Below are positions 35,963-48,155 of a stretch of 64,000 nucleotides of DNA, piece by piece. A model generated the notes under the pieces. The model searched no databases. It was not told the DNA's origin and saw nothing but the letters and a program-made list of their open reading frames with translations. The DNA is taken from positions 2,655,793 through 2,719,792 of the forward strand of contig BFEA01000005.1 of assembly GCA_003427395.1 (NCBI GenBank), in the 5' to 3' direction. The DNA comes from Chara braunii (Eukaryota > Plantae > Charophyceae). Numbering within the stretch: position 1 is the first letter of the stretch; every line of letters begins with the position of its first letter. A program made the position numbers and the translations under genes.

Positions 35963-38900
35963 TGTAAAGTTGTGTAAATATGACAACCAGCCTGACACCA
36001 CGGCTGTGGTGCTTTCATTGCTTTGCGAACTCGGTGCCCGGTTTCTTTGCTAGCGCGTGTTCTTTTCGCTTATTCGATACTCAACAGTGCCATGAACGTA
36101 CTTACCTCTTCAACAAGGCCCCTTCTATTCTGGGGGCTCTTATCACCGGCAAGCATGTTTCCACAACACAGAAGGTGAGAGAAATTCATGATTTGAACCA
36201 CTAGTACACCCAACCTTATTCCACCGAACGGACGTGCCGCCTGCAGACCAAAATTTTCCGAGCCTAGAAAGGAGGGGTACCCGTGGCGGGAATCACTTTG
36301 TGGTTTCAGTACCACAAAGCCATTGGATTTCCATTGTGGAAGTTGGATTTTGGTGGCGGAAACTCATTTCGTACGGTCGCGTACGAGTTCAGCGTATAGT
36401 CTGGTCGTTTTGTTTTGTTTTGTTTTTCCCGTTTCGTTTCACTGTTTTGGTGCTGTCTCTTATACACATCTAGATGTGTATAAGAGACAGCCACAAAGCC
36501 ATTGGATTTCCATTGTGGAAGTTGGATTTTGGTGGCGGAAACTCATTTCGTACGGTCGCGTACGAGTTCAGCGTATAGTCTGGTCGTTTTGTTTTGTTTT
36601 GTTTTTCCCGTTTCGTTTCACTGTTTTGGTGCGATCCACCGACTCTCTCTCTCTTGAAAGGATTCACGCTGCAGACACCCAGTCCTGGTCCCAAGGTTTC
36701 GACAAGTCCCAAGTCCCAGGGCCATCCCGTAGGGTAGGCCGTGGGGTCTAGAGGCCGAAGTGTTGTAGGTCGGTAGGTGTCGGTACCGAAGTGTTATAGG
36801 TCGGTAGGAGTCCGCCCGATACTCGACAAGAAAAGTCCAGAAGTGTCCAGTCCAGTCTGGCAGTCCCAAGTCCAATTTTGCAGCGTGTCCCAGGAAAGTC
36901 CAAAAGCTACCGGGCCAACAAAATGTTTGCAGCAGACAAGCCGCGGCCGACTGGTACCGGTCTGAAGCAGGCCTAGCCAAGCCAAGCCCAGCGAAGCCAA
37001 GTCCTATGTTTAGCTGCTAAAGTGCAGCGGCTCATCACTTGTTCAGTTGCGAGATGCAGAAGCGCTGCTGTTGCTTGTGCGTTAAGGCAACTTGGGCACT
37101 GTGTGCCTGAGGAAGGAGAGGGCGTCTGTGAGATACTCCATAGCTAGACTAGACGTAGAGTAGTAGGACGACGGCCGCACCAAGGTGTAAGCTGCCTGAG
37201 TGGGTGTATTCAGCAGGGTAACGATCCAAGGTAGAGAGAGAGACGAGAGAGAGTGAGGTAGAGCGAGTCGAGTCAGGGAGAGAGAAAAGAGGGGAGAAGC
37301 CATAGCCGGTATTTGGTTGAGATCCGTTGCGTGTGTGTGCGGCCGAGCCGCTGGAGACAAACATTCTTGTATATTGATAATAATATTGGAGACGACATCT
37401 GCAGGTGTTGGTTGTATCTCGATTTGGCTTCTCATGTGTGAACCCTCATGTAAATGTTCATTGATGTATCTGTGGTTGAACTTGACAAGTACTTGGCTCA
37501 TTTCAGTGGTATCAAAGCTGGTTCCCTCTGCATCTGCTCGGAGTTGAGATGCTGGCAATGAAGAAGGCCGGCGGGCAAGGGAAAAAAAAAAAAAAAGATT
37601 AGGGTTGACTGCATGTTGAGGGCCAAAGAAGAAGGGGCATTGCAAGGAGCAAGGGGAGCATGTACTTGTGACCGAGGAGCTTCATCAAGGGAACGTTCAA
37701 GGAGTGAAAATTGTGAAGTGCTTCTTTGCCCTGGCCCTGTCGTTTACGCAATTTGAATTTTGTTGTGAATGGTACCTTCCCACGTACTTCCCTGGTGACC
37801 TCTGCTGCAAATCGGTTTCTGTTTATGCCATCTTGTCATTTGAGTCAGCAGTCACACTTGGTCTGATTGTTGCTTGGTGAGTCAGAGACCGATCTGTCCT
37901 GGAGGAAAGGCTCCTCCCCCTTGTGGGGGAAGTGGTTAGGGTTGCCGTCCTACCTGGGGGCATGGGTACCTAGTGGGTCCCTTATCCCGTGAGAGTGAAA
38001 GTTTCGCGTGTGATGCAGGTCGGTCTAGGGTAGCAAATCGGCAGCTGGATGTATCCCCGGACCTAGTAAGGAGCACGGGGAATGAGTGGCGGGTTCTCGT
38101 AAAACAACCCGGCTATGCCAATGACCGGTGCTAAGCAGTGTGTGACCAAAGACTATGAGACGCAGTGAGGAGTTATAGAGGGCAGTAGGGTTCACCAACT
38201 GTATAATGCATGGACAAAGTAGGGGTGAGACTTAAGGTCCACCGGTTGTGGATGCCAGGGAGATCCCCCAAGGACCTGTACTGATTGGCTGGCTAGTCGC
38301 TGGTGGTAGTTATACCTGAAAATCGCTGCAATCAGTGAGGAACCAGTCTAAGTCTTAAGAGTGATCCTTCATATCAGTGGGCACGGCGTCCTGTTTGCGT
38401 CGTTAAATAATTCCTGAGGTCTGTGCTGGCTTACCTTAAACTGTCGGAGAGCTGTAGTGACAGAAGTGGGAAGGGAACTAACTATCAAACCCTGATTTAG
38501 GTTAGGTTAAGTATAAGTATTGAGGGCAGCTAAGTGTTGAGGAGTAGGCCTAAGTGGTGAGGAAGCGGAGTCAACTTCTCTATGATGACCCTCGTCGTGG
38601 ATGGCTACCCGATGTTTGGCTTCTTGGCTCTGTTCGCTATATGGGCCCCCCTTCGTTTCCAGTGGGATTCGCCCGGACCTTTGGCATGCACGTGGTGAGT
38701 TGATCCGGACCATCCACACAACCATACTCCGCTGAACAGCATGCCGAGATTGATAGAAAGCTGGCGGAGAAGAAGGAGGAGGAGAGGAGAAAAAGGAGGA
38801 GAAGAGGAAGGAGAAAGAGGAAGAAAAAGAGAGATGGGAAAATGAGAGAAGGGAGTTGAGGAGAAGCTAAAAACGCTAGAGAAACAAAAACGGTAGGCTG

Positions 38901-41900
38901 AAGTGGTAGTAGTAGTAGAAGAAGACGAAGAAGAAAAAGGAGAAGAAGATGAAGGAGAGGAGGTGAAGCTGGACGACCCCAGACATAGGGTTGAAGGAGG
39001 TATACGAACCAAAAGGGGAGAGTCGAGTCAACTGCATTTCTACCCAGTTGACACCCATACGTGGATGGAGAAGTTTGGGTTCAGGAAGGATGAGTGGGCA
39101 AAAGAGTTAGTGGCCGAGAGGGCTGAACTCACAACAAAGTTGGAGGCGGCAGAGGACGACGCTGAGAGAGAACTGCTGATGGAGTGCTGATGCAGGAAAT
39201 GGAACATGAATTGCAGCAGCGGCTCCTGATAAAAACAAAGGGTGGAGCAAGGTGAGAATAGGAGGTTGAAAGCTGAGGGGGAAGAGATTGAACACCAGCT
39301 GAAGGAGCAGAAAGGTCGTGAGGGAGAGTGGAAGGATGGTCGTACCCTCATGATTAATGCCTTGCTGCACACTAAGCAGAAACTCACCACCATAAACATG
39401 TCTGTTGCCGGACTCAAACAACACAATCATGAGTTCAAAGGCACTTGGAACAACTAGCCTAGTGTCGCTGCCCACCAAATAGATGAGCATGTTGGGGGTT
39501 ATGCACAACAATTGGAAGGCATCTTCACCTTGAAATTAGTAGACACTGTCGCCACGATAAAGGTAGCAACTGGGAGTGGAGGTGGAGATGATGGTGGTGA
39601 TGATGGGAAGGGAGGCGAAGGCCCTAAAAAGGAAGGAGATCCGAAGAGGGAAGAAAGACCACCCGAAGGGGGAGATAGAAGAGAAAAGATGAAGGTAAAG
39701 CCCCCCTGGACCTATCACGGAAAAAGGGAAGAAAATTTCTATCAGTGGGAGGCGCGCATGGGCACCTACATGTACGGACAATTGATACCATACTGGGACC
39801 GTGTCTTGATGGCAAATTCGTGCCTCGGGGGAGATGCTGTAAATTTTTCTCTCTCCCTAATGAAAGAGGTGGGGTGCACATCGATGGTAGAATACTCCCA
39901 ACGGACCCGCATTGAAGATTTTTTCCTGGCCTTAAAGAATCGATTTGAGGACAAAAACCAGGCCAGACGTACTAAGCATCTGATCCTCAACATAGCCGAT
40001 CGGAAATGGGAGAGTGTGTCGGCACTAACGACCACTATGGACGAACTCGTGCAGTACCCCGAGTATGGTCTCACTCCAGTGCAGATCTTGAACAACTTTG
40101 CACGGGCACTTCCCGAACCCCATCGATTCTAACTGTATGCCCAAACTAAGGAAGAGGGCATGACATACGAAAAATTTAGTAAGATGGTTGTTGACCACAC
40201 CGACTTCCTCCAAGAGGCAAACTATTGCCATTACTGGAAGGACTTACGGAAAAGGAGGTCGTTGGAAGAACTAGATGATATGTGGGAGCATAGAAGGAAA
40301 GGATAGTCTTCTGGTCACATTCGAGGGCAGTGGATTCGAGGAACTGCCTGTAGATTACGGACTGGAAGAGCTTAACAGCAACCAAGTAGCCTAGGGAGCT
40401 ATTGCAGCCCCGGGGGGAGGGCGACAAGGAGGAAGAGGAGCCCGAGGAAGAGGTGGAGGAATAGGAGTCGCAGTCGCTTCTGCTGGGCCTTTAGACGCAG
40501 ACAGACAGAAAGACAGAAGCGCGCGCTGAACGGACACCCTCTTGTTTGAAGGACCCTATGACATAAACTGATGTAGGCCCCCACCCAGTTAGTTGTCCAT
40601 AGATCGTTTGTGCTAGGGTCTCTCTGGGTGGTTCCCTCTCAGGCATCGGTGATGAGCTCATCACTCATTGCCAAACTTGGGTCGAAATGAAGAAGAAGAG
40701 TTCATGGCAACTAATTTTAGCAGATGTAGAAATTAGTAGGGAGCGAGTAGGCGCGTTAGTTGATAGTGGATCTACACGTAGCTACATTAGCCGAAAGGGA
40801 TTGCAGAAAATGCACCTCGACATGAAAGTTATGAAATTGGACGAGCCAGTCGTGAGCAAGCTGACAGACAATCACGAAATGAGAGTCAAAAAGTACGTCG
40901 AAGGGGTAAAGGCATACTTCCGGTTTGAGGGGGGGAACAAGGTAGAGAAAGTTTCGCACTCCCTGACTCGTGAGGGCTGACGTGAAGTTGGGCGAGCATG
41001 AATGCTGGTTGCCCAGCCCTGAAGGAGGCAAAAAGAAAATGCGGTTGTTTCATGAGCCTGGAGTAGAGTCCAGTTTGTCCTTTTGTTGTACGAGTGCACC
41101 TGCGTTCGCCAGGCTCGTGGTCAAGACCGACTTGGTTGATCAAGTCTTTGTAGCGTAGGTTAGACCGGTTAGTGAAGGCAAGAAGGAGGAGGAGCAAACA
41201 CCACCCACAATTGAAAAACTGCTGAAGTAGTTCATAGATGTGGAAGAGACCCCGACAAGAGTAGTGGAAAGGGAAATCAAGCACCGGATAGAGATAGAGT
41301 CCGGTAGCAAAACTCCCAAGGGGCCTATTTATCGAATGTCTCCTAAAGAACTCGATGAGGTGCGCAGGCAGCTTGATGAATTGACAGAAAAGGGGTGGAT
41401 TAAGCCCAACTCCTCACCATATGGTGAGCCCGATAGAAAAATTATGAAATTGGACGAGCCAGTCGTCAGCAGGTTGGCAGACAATCTCGAAATGAGAGTC
41501 GAAGAGTACGTCGAAGGGGTGAAGGCATACTTCCGGTTGGAGGGGGGGAACAAGGTAGAGAAAGTTATGCTCCTTGACTCTCTTAATGGAGGACAACCTA
41601 CCTTTCGACTTGATCCTAGGGACAAATTGGGGAGAGGCCGCGAAGACGGACGTGAAGATGGGCGAGCATGATTGCTGGCTGCCCAACCCAGAAGGAGGCA
41701 AAAAGAAAATGCGGTTGTTTTACGAGTCTGGAGTAGAGTCCAGTTTGTCCCTTTGATGTACGAGTGCCCGTGCGTTCGCCAGACACATGGTCAAGGTTGA
41801 CTTGGTTGATCAAGTCTTCGTAGCGTATGTCAGACCGGTTAGTGAAGGCAAGAAGGAGGAGCAAACGCCACCCGCAGTTGAAAAACTGCTGAAAGAGTTC

Positions 41901-42980
41901 GCTGATGTAGGAGAGACCCCGACAGGAGTAGTGGAAAAGGAAATCAAGCACCGAATAGAGATAGAGACGAGTAGCAAAACTCCCAAGGGGCCCATTTATC
42001 GAATGTCTCCCAAAGAACTCGATGAGCTGCGCAGTCAACTTGACGAATTGATAGAAAAGGGGTGGATTAGGCCCAACTCCTCACCGTATGGCGCATCGAT
42101 CCTACTGAAAGGAAAACTAAGGAAAACATCTTAGGAGAACAAAGGCCTAACTGGAGAAGAGTACCCCAAGTCCCCACACTTTGTTATCCACCCCTCCCCC
42201 CTCCAAACCTCACCTCATCCTTCATCGACTTTGCGAGCAAAGACTGGCCACCTTGTAGTCGACACTCACTCGACCATCCTCGAAGGCCACTCGATGAAGA
42301 TAAACGGATTGTGGCAAACCACGTTGCGAGCGCAACCCGCTGAACCTGCCAGCCGCCCCTTGCAGGTTAGTCCGGAGAGATGGAGGGATGTCATCGTCCA
42401 AAGCACCCCCACCCTCGCCATGCTTGCGGTGGTACTCTTCCCTCCCAACTGCGCCCACGGAGCCCACTGCGCATGTGCATCGACTACAGGGGTTTAAAAG
42501 CCATTACGATAAAGAACGCTGCTGATAGGGTGCAAAGATGCAAATATTTTTCCAAATTTGGCTTGAAGTCGGGCTACTATCAGATAGAGGTACAGCCCGA
42601 AGACCAGCACAAGGCGGTTTTTTTTAACTCGCTATGGCCACTATGAACTTGTGGTCATGCCGTTTGGCCTGACGAATGCCCCTGCTACCTTCCAAAGATG
42701 CATGAATGATCTCTTTCGTGAATGGCTAGATAAGTTCATAGTCGTTTATCTAGACGATATTTTGATTTTTCGTAAAACTTTAGAGGAGCACCAGCAGCAT
42801 CTGCATCTGATCTTAGAAAAGTTGCGCACTGTGAAGTTCAAGGTGAACCCGAAGGAGTGTGAGGGCGAAGCGTCAAGTGCTATATTTAGGCTACGTGTTA
42901 GATGGAGATGGAGTCAGACTGGAATACGCAAAGATAGCAGCAATCAGGGATTGGCCAACACCGCACACATTGGGCGAACT
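35963..42980 (+). mobile_element. 3'-truncated Ty3/Gypsy element B, related to element A and in the opposite orientation
   Basis: LTR ends in CA at 37505 (its start near 35963 is uncertain); PBS TGGTATCAAAGC 37507-37518; gag 39512-40132; protease ALVDSGSTRSY at ~40750; RT 42651 onward (IVVYLDDILIF). No RNase H, integrase or 3' LTR. Confidence 0.85.
36453..36490. other. Nextera mate-pair junction adapter (two Tn5 mosaic ends): assembly artefact
   Basis: Exact CTGTCTCTTATACACATCT+AGATGTGTATAAGAGACAG between two identical ~140-bp copies (36312-36452 and 36491-36632). Confidence 0.98.
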
Positions 42981-42984
42981 GCAG

Positions 42985-44690
42985 TCTGGATTCCGGTCCA
43001 GGTGTTCGGCAGGTTGCCATGAATTGAAGTGTTGAGGGAGATCGGGAGGGATTGACGGAATCTGAGGACAACACAATGCTGGTGTCACAGCAGCAGCTGC
43101 AACAACAGCAGGGAGAGTTGGAACAAATGGGCTTATCGCTCCAACAATAGCAGTTGTCACAGCAGCAGCTGTATCAACAGCAGTCCGCGAAAAGGGAGTA
43201 TAACCAGGTCATGATTCCCCTGTCACACCTGAATGGTTCGCAGATTCACGAGGTGGTGGAACAGTTTGTCTTAGAGCCCATGCTGGTGTTCACAGCAGCA
43301 GCTGCGACAGTAGCAGGAAAGTGTTGGACCAACAGCTGATGCATCAACAGCAAGGCCCAGAGAGTGAGTTTAGCCAGGTCATGTTTCCCTTAAATGGCTC
43401 GCAGCCTAAGGAACCGGAGGGAACGAACTTCTTAGAGCCCCAGCATGCACATTTGGCACAGCAAGTGTTGCAGCAACAGCAGGGAGGGCGCACTACACAA
43501 GATGAAATATCCCTTCAAATACTGCAGCCGTCACTGCCGCTACTACAGCAATAGCAAGAGGCAGTTGTCCAAATACTCTCGCCTCAAGCAACGACATCCC
43601 AATCACTGCAATAGGGGGGACGGGAGCAGCAAGAGATAAGCCTTGTAAAAGATTTGGAAACCCAGGATCAAAGGGAATTGTTGTTGCTGCTGCATCTGCC
43701 CCAACTCCAGTCACAACCACAGCTAGGGCGTAATCTAGGGCGTAATCTGATTCAGACCTCCCCCCAGATGGAACAACAAGGGATGTAGCATGCTGCGATA
43801 GACTCCAGTTCTTTGACAATTCCAATGCAGCCCCAACAGCTGCATGAGAATCAGCACCGGCAGGTGCAACACCACCATTCCCCCTCCCAAGGATCGTCCC
43901 AGCAGGCTTGTCTCATTCCGAACTTCGGGGCACATGATACAGGTAGAGGGTAGAAGATGAGACATGTGCTAGAAAAGGGGTTAGTCATTAGACCACAGCG
44001 TGCTTAGGGCAACCTGATTGTCCCAGTTTGAAAAAAAAGGGATAGGTGGGAGGTTGGTCTTTCTCCAATTGGCCAGGATCAATATGGAGGAGTCACTTTG
44101 AGAGGCTGGTCTACATACGTTGAATACCAAAATGCAGGGGACCGAACCTTCAAGCGTGATATGCATGACCTTTTGTCCAAGCATTATGAGCCAGGTCCAT
44201 ACAAAAATAGGGGACAAAGTTCAGGAGCTAAAAGGGACATGTTTGTTCGGTTTGAAGAGCAAAAGGAGGCTGGCCTGAAGTGGTTTTCTCATGCAGCTTT
44301 ATTAGATCTGCAAAGTCTCAAGATCAAAGCAAATACATTGTGGTCTGCCGCTGATGTACTTGCTTAGTGTGATTCTTCTAAGAGGTGTATTGCAATCCCC
44401 CTTGGATTTAGACAATTGTAGTTGGAGCCGTCTTTAGGGCATTAAGTGGAGGCAGTTTTGGGAGGATAGCGAGCTAGGATGGAAGCGTTGTAAGCTTGGC
44501 ACCGTGCAACTAAAACGGTTCATTTAGATCTCAGATCCCTTGATGTTGATGGTCTAGCTACCGTAGATGCGGAGAAAAGGAAGGCTATATTTGAATAGTT
44601 TAAAGGAGTTGTGAGAAGGACATGGCCTGACCTTATATGCGTTTAGGAAACGCACCTCACCAGCTCTCCTGCCCATGTGCGGCACACATT
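42985..44690 (+). mobile_element. Degenerate Gln-rich coding remnant, possibly LINE ORF1
   Basis: Broken Q-rich frames with a ~200-bp internal duplication, then protein-like frames (44098-44367); no diagnostic motif recognised. Confidence 0.3.
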
Positions 44691-47600
44691 ATTGCAAGGA
44701 ATATGAGCGAGAGCGATAAACAGAAATCCAAATTGCAAAATCACGCTGAGGTTCAGATAGTCATGTACCATGTAGAGAGTACAATGTACCAAGATACCAT
44801 CCAAATAAGAGCAATACAATGAACTCAAATGTCAATGTCGGCGCTCTCTGGCCTACACTCATGCCAAGCGCCCAGCCTACACTACTCAACATATCTATCC
44901 TATCTACGTTCATGCAGGAGGAACACATTGAAGTTGAAGAACAATGTATGTGATTCCAACGCCAATGCAGACCGCCAACATACATTAGGTGCGTGTCTCA
45001 CATCTCCCCTCATCACCCCCTATCTCCCCTCTGCATGCGCCTCCTACCTGAAGACCACCGTTGCCATCATCACGGTTGCGCCCAACAGCCCGACTATGGC
45101 CGCCGTGCGCGTGCTGCCACAGAATGCCTAGAGCTGGGGCAGGCACTTTCCTTTATGGAAAGAGCGCTCTTCTTCGGCCTGTCCTTGGGCTTGCTGGGCT
45201 GAGACCCCAGTAGCTTCGCATTGGGCTTTGGACATATCTCTTTGCATCATCAAGCATACCAGGTCACCAAAAACGCTGCATCAAGTTAGCACTAGTCTTC
45301 TTATATCTAAAATGTCATGTGGCATCGTGATGTTATCGTAAAATAAACTATACAAAAACTCACTCGACGACACACATAGTCTTTTAAACCCTGCGTTTCA
45401 AGAAAGAGCAGTCCAACCACCATCACAAACTCATCAAATGTGGCCTTGTCTTGGGCCTCAAGTTTGTGCATGATGTCCTTCATGATTGGATCTTCCTTGT
45501 ACGCATCCACCAAAGATCGAGTTACATCGTCGGATAGGCCGAACTCAATTATTAGCGCACCCGGGTAGTCTACCCTGTGCGATAGCGCATCAGCAACCTT
45601 GTTATATTCGCCCTTCACGTAGTCTAGCTTGAAGTTGTACTGGTCGATGACTTTAATCCAGCATTTGAGTGCTTCGAAGAGAAGAGGCTGCATCTTGATC
45701 CACTTCAGTGTCTGATGGTCGGTCCTTAAATAGAAGAACCTCCCAACAGATAGTGGCTCGAGTGGACTAAAGCCTTGTAAAGGGCATAGAGTTCCCTTTC
45801 ATAGGTGGATTTCGCCACCTTCTTTGATGACATCTTATTGCTCATGTACTCCATCGGCCTTAACTTCTTCCCTTCCTACTGAGCCAGCACTACGCCAATG
45901 CTATATTTGCTTGCATCAGTGGTCACGATGAATGACTTCCCGGGATCTGGAAGCATGAGAATCTCATGATGTGTGAGAGCATACTTCAATCTCTTGAAGG
46001 CTCCCTCACATTCGTCAGTCCATTCCCATGGTGTGTCAAGGCGTGTTAGATCAGTCAACGGGGCGGCTACTGTGCTGTAGTTTTTTACAAAGTTGTAGTA
46101 GTAGCTTGTCATCCTCAAGAAAGATGTGACCTCCGTCACAGACTGAGGTCGTGACCAGTCACAAATGCTAGGCACCTTTGCATCTTCGGGCCTTACCCCA
46201 GCCGCGGATACCTCATGACCCAAGTACAAAATTTTGGTGCGACCATAATTCGCATTTCTCTAAATTGATCTTATTCTTGTGCTGCCTTAGGAGTCCAAGT
46301 ACAAGGTTTAAGCGTTGCGCATGCTCCTCGACAGTCTTACTGAAGATAAGGATATCGCCGAGGTACACGATAATAAACTTATTAAAGTAGTCATGGAATA
46401 TCTTATTCATGGTGTGTTGGAATGTACTCGGCGCATTGCAAAGGCCAAAAGGCATCACGACAAACTCGTACATGCTAGTCTGAAATGCGGTTTTGTGTTG
46501 ATCTTTTGGTCTAATGGCAATCTGATGGTAGCCGAATTTGAGGTGTATCTTAGTAAAGCACTTACATCCCTGCACCCTATCCAAGTGATGGCATTGAGGC
46601 CCCTATAATCAATGCATATCCTTAATGATCCCCTATTCTTCGGAACGAGTAGGACGGGTGATCTCCGAAGGGGAATGTGCTAGGCCGTATCCAACCCTTT
46701 TCTGTGAGCTCGTTCAATTGTTGGCGAAGCTCATCCAACTCGGTCAGAGCCATCCTATACATCCTCCCCTTTGGTGTCTTACTACCTGGGATGATTTCTA
46801 TGGCGTGGACAACCTCCCTGTCTACGACTCGTGAAAGCTTCTGAAATAGAGCAGGATACTTACCAGCGACGACTTCGATCTCTGGGGTGATTTAACGGCC
46901 TCCCCTTTCTCAGAGATGAAGACCAAGTACATACCCTCCTTTTGGTTTTGTTTATAATGATTATAAAACGGTGATGAACACATGCACCCGTAGTAGTCAA
47001 CTAACATGCTAGCTCTACACTTAGCTAGTCTAACCGTCCTCCTGTCATCAAGACACATGCTTAAGAACCTTCTGATCCCAGTCAAACTGGGGCTTGGCAA
47101 CCTCGAGGTAGTACATACCCAACAACATGTCAAATGGCAAGTCGTTGCTGACCAGGAACGAAATCTTATGACTAAGTTCCTCATCTCCATAAGAGAAGGT
47201 GCAGACCACGTACTTGACGTAGTCATTTACTACCATTCACTCTTTGTTGGCCAGAGAAGATGCTACAAATTTACTTAGGTGGTGCACTCGGTACCCTAAG
47301 CGCAGTCTCTCAATGCAGTCGCAACTTATGAAGTTTCAGGTAGAGCCGATGTCTACGAAGGCACCACACTTGCGACCACCTACATCGACCTCCACAACAA
47401 AGTGCTCCCCTCTAGACAGTGCCACCCAAGACTCGCGACGGTCTCCTGGTCCCGATCCATCTGCAGGGTGACAAATGAGTCAATAACCTCGGCCAACTCC
47501 TGAAGTGGTGAGGGAACCCTATCCACTTTAGCATGAGTAGAAGCAGCTACAACTTCTACTGTCCAGATGTGTTTCCCTGGGAGGTGCTCGTAGAAGCACC

Positions 47601-48155
47601 ACCCTAGGCGGAAGATCCTCCAAAACCGCCTTTAGGCGGGATCTTATGAGAAACTTTCAGATCTTGCATATAAACTTTTGATGGCCACACTCTCCGCAGT
47701 TAATGCAAACACCTCGTGAATAATTGTCCCTCCACACATCTTGATCCAAGCCAGCCCTCACCCAAGCCGGAGTCTTGTTTGAGTTCTGAGCCTGCCCCTG
47801 ACTCTTTTGCTGGCCACCCTTGCTGCGACCAGCAGCCTTTCCTTTGGTTGCTGCAGCGAGGCTTCCACCCTCTAGATCTCAGTTTGATTCCCGTCGGAAT
47901 CAACCATCATCAATTGTCTACCCTTCTTTTTCCATTCTTGCGGGATCTTCTTCTTCCTTCCGCCCACCGCAAGTTGTTGCGCCCCTCTTAGCTTAGCCTC
48001 TAAGTCTAAGGCCTTCTTGATGAAAGAGTCAAGAGTGTGATAATCGATGCTGGCCTCACTGACCAACAAGTTCTTGATGTCTACAAGAAGACATCTCAAG
48101 AACATAGTCATCACAACCTGTGGATCATAGCGTACACCAGGGACGACAATGAGCT

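Noticed and set aside
36453-36490. Apparent Tn5/IS50 ends suggesting bacterial horizontal transfer, and ORFs reading AVSYTHLDVYKRQ
   Set aside because: Exact Nextera mate-pair junction adapter; a library artefact.
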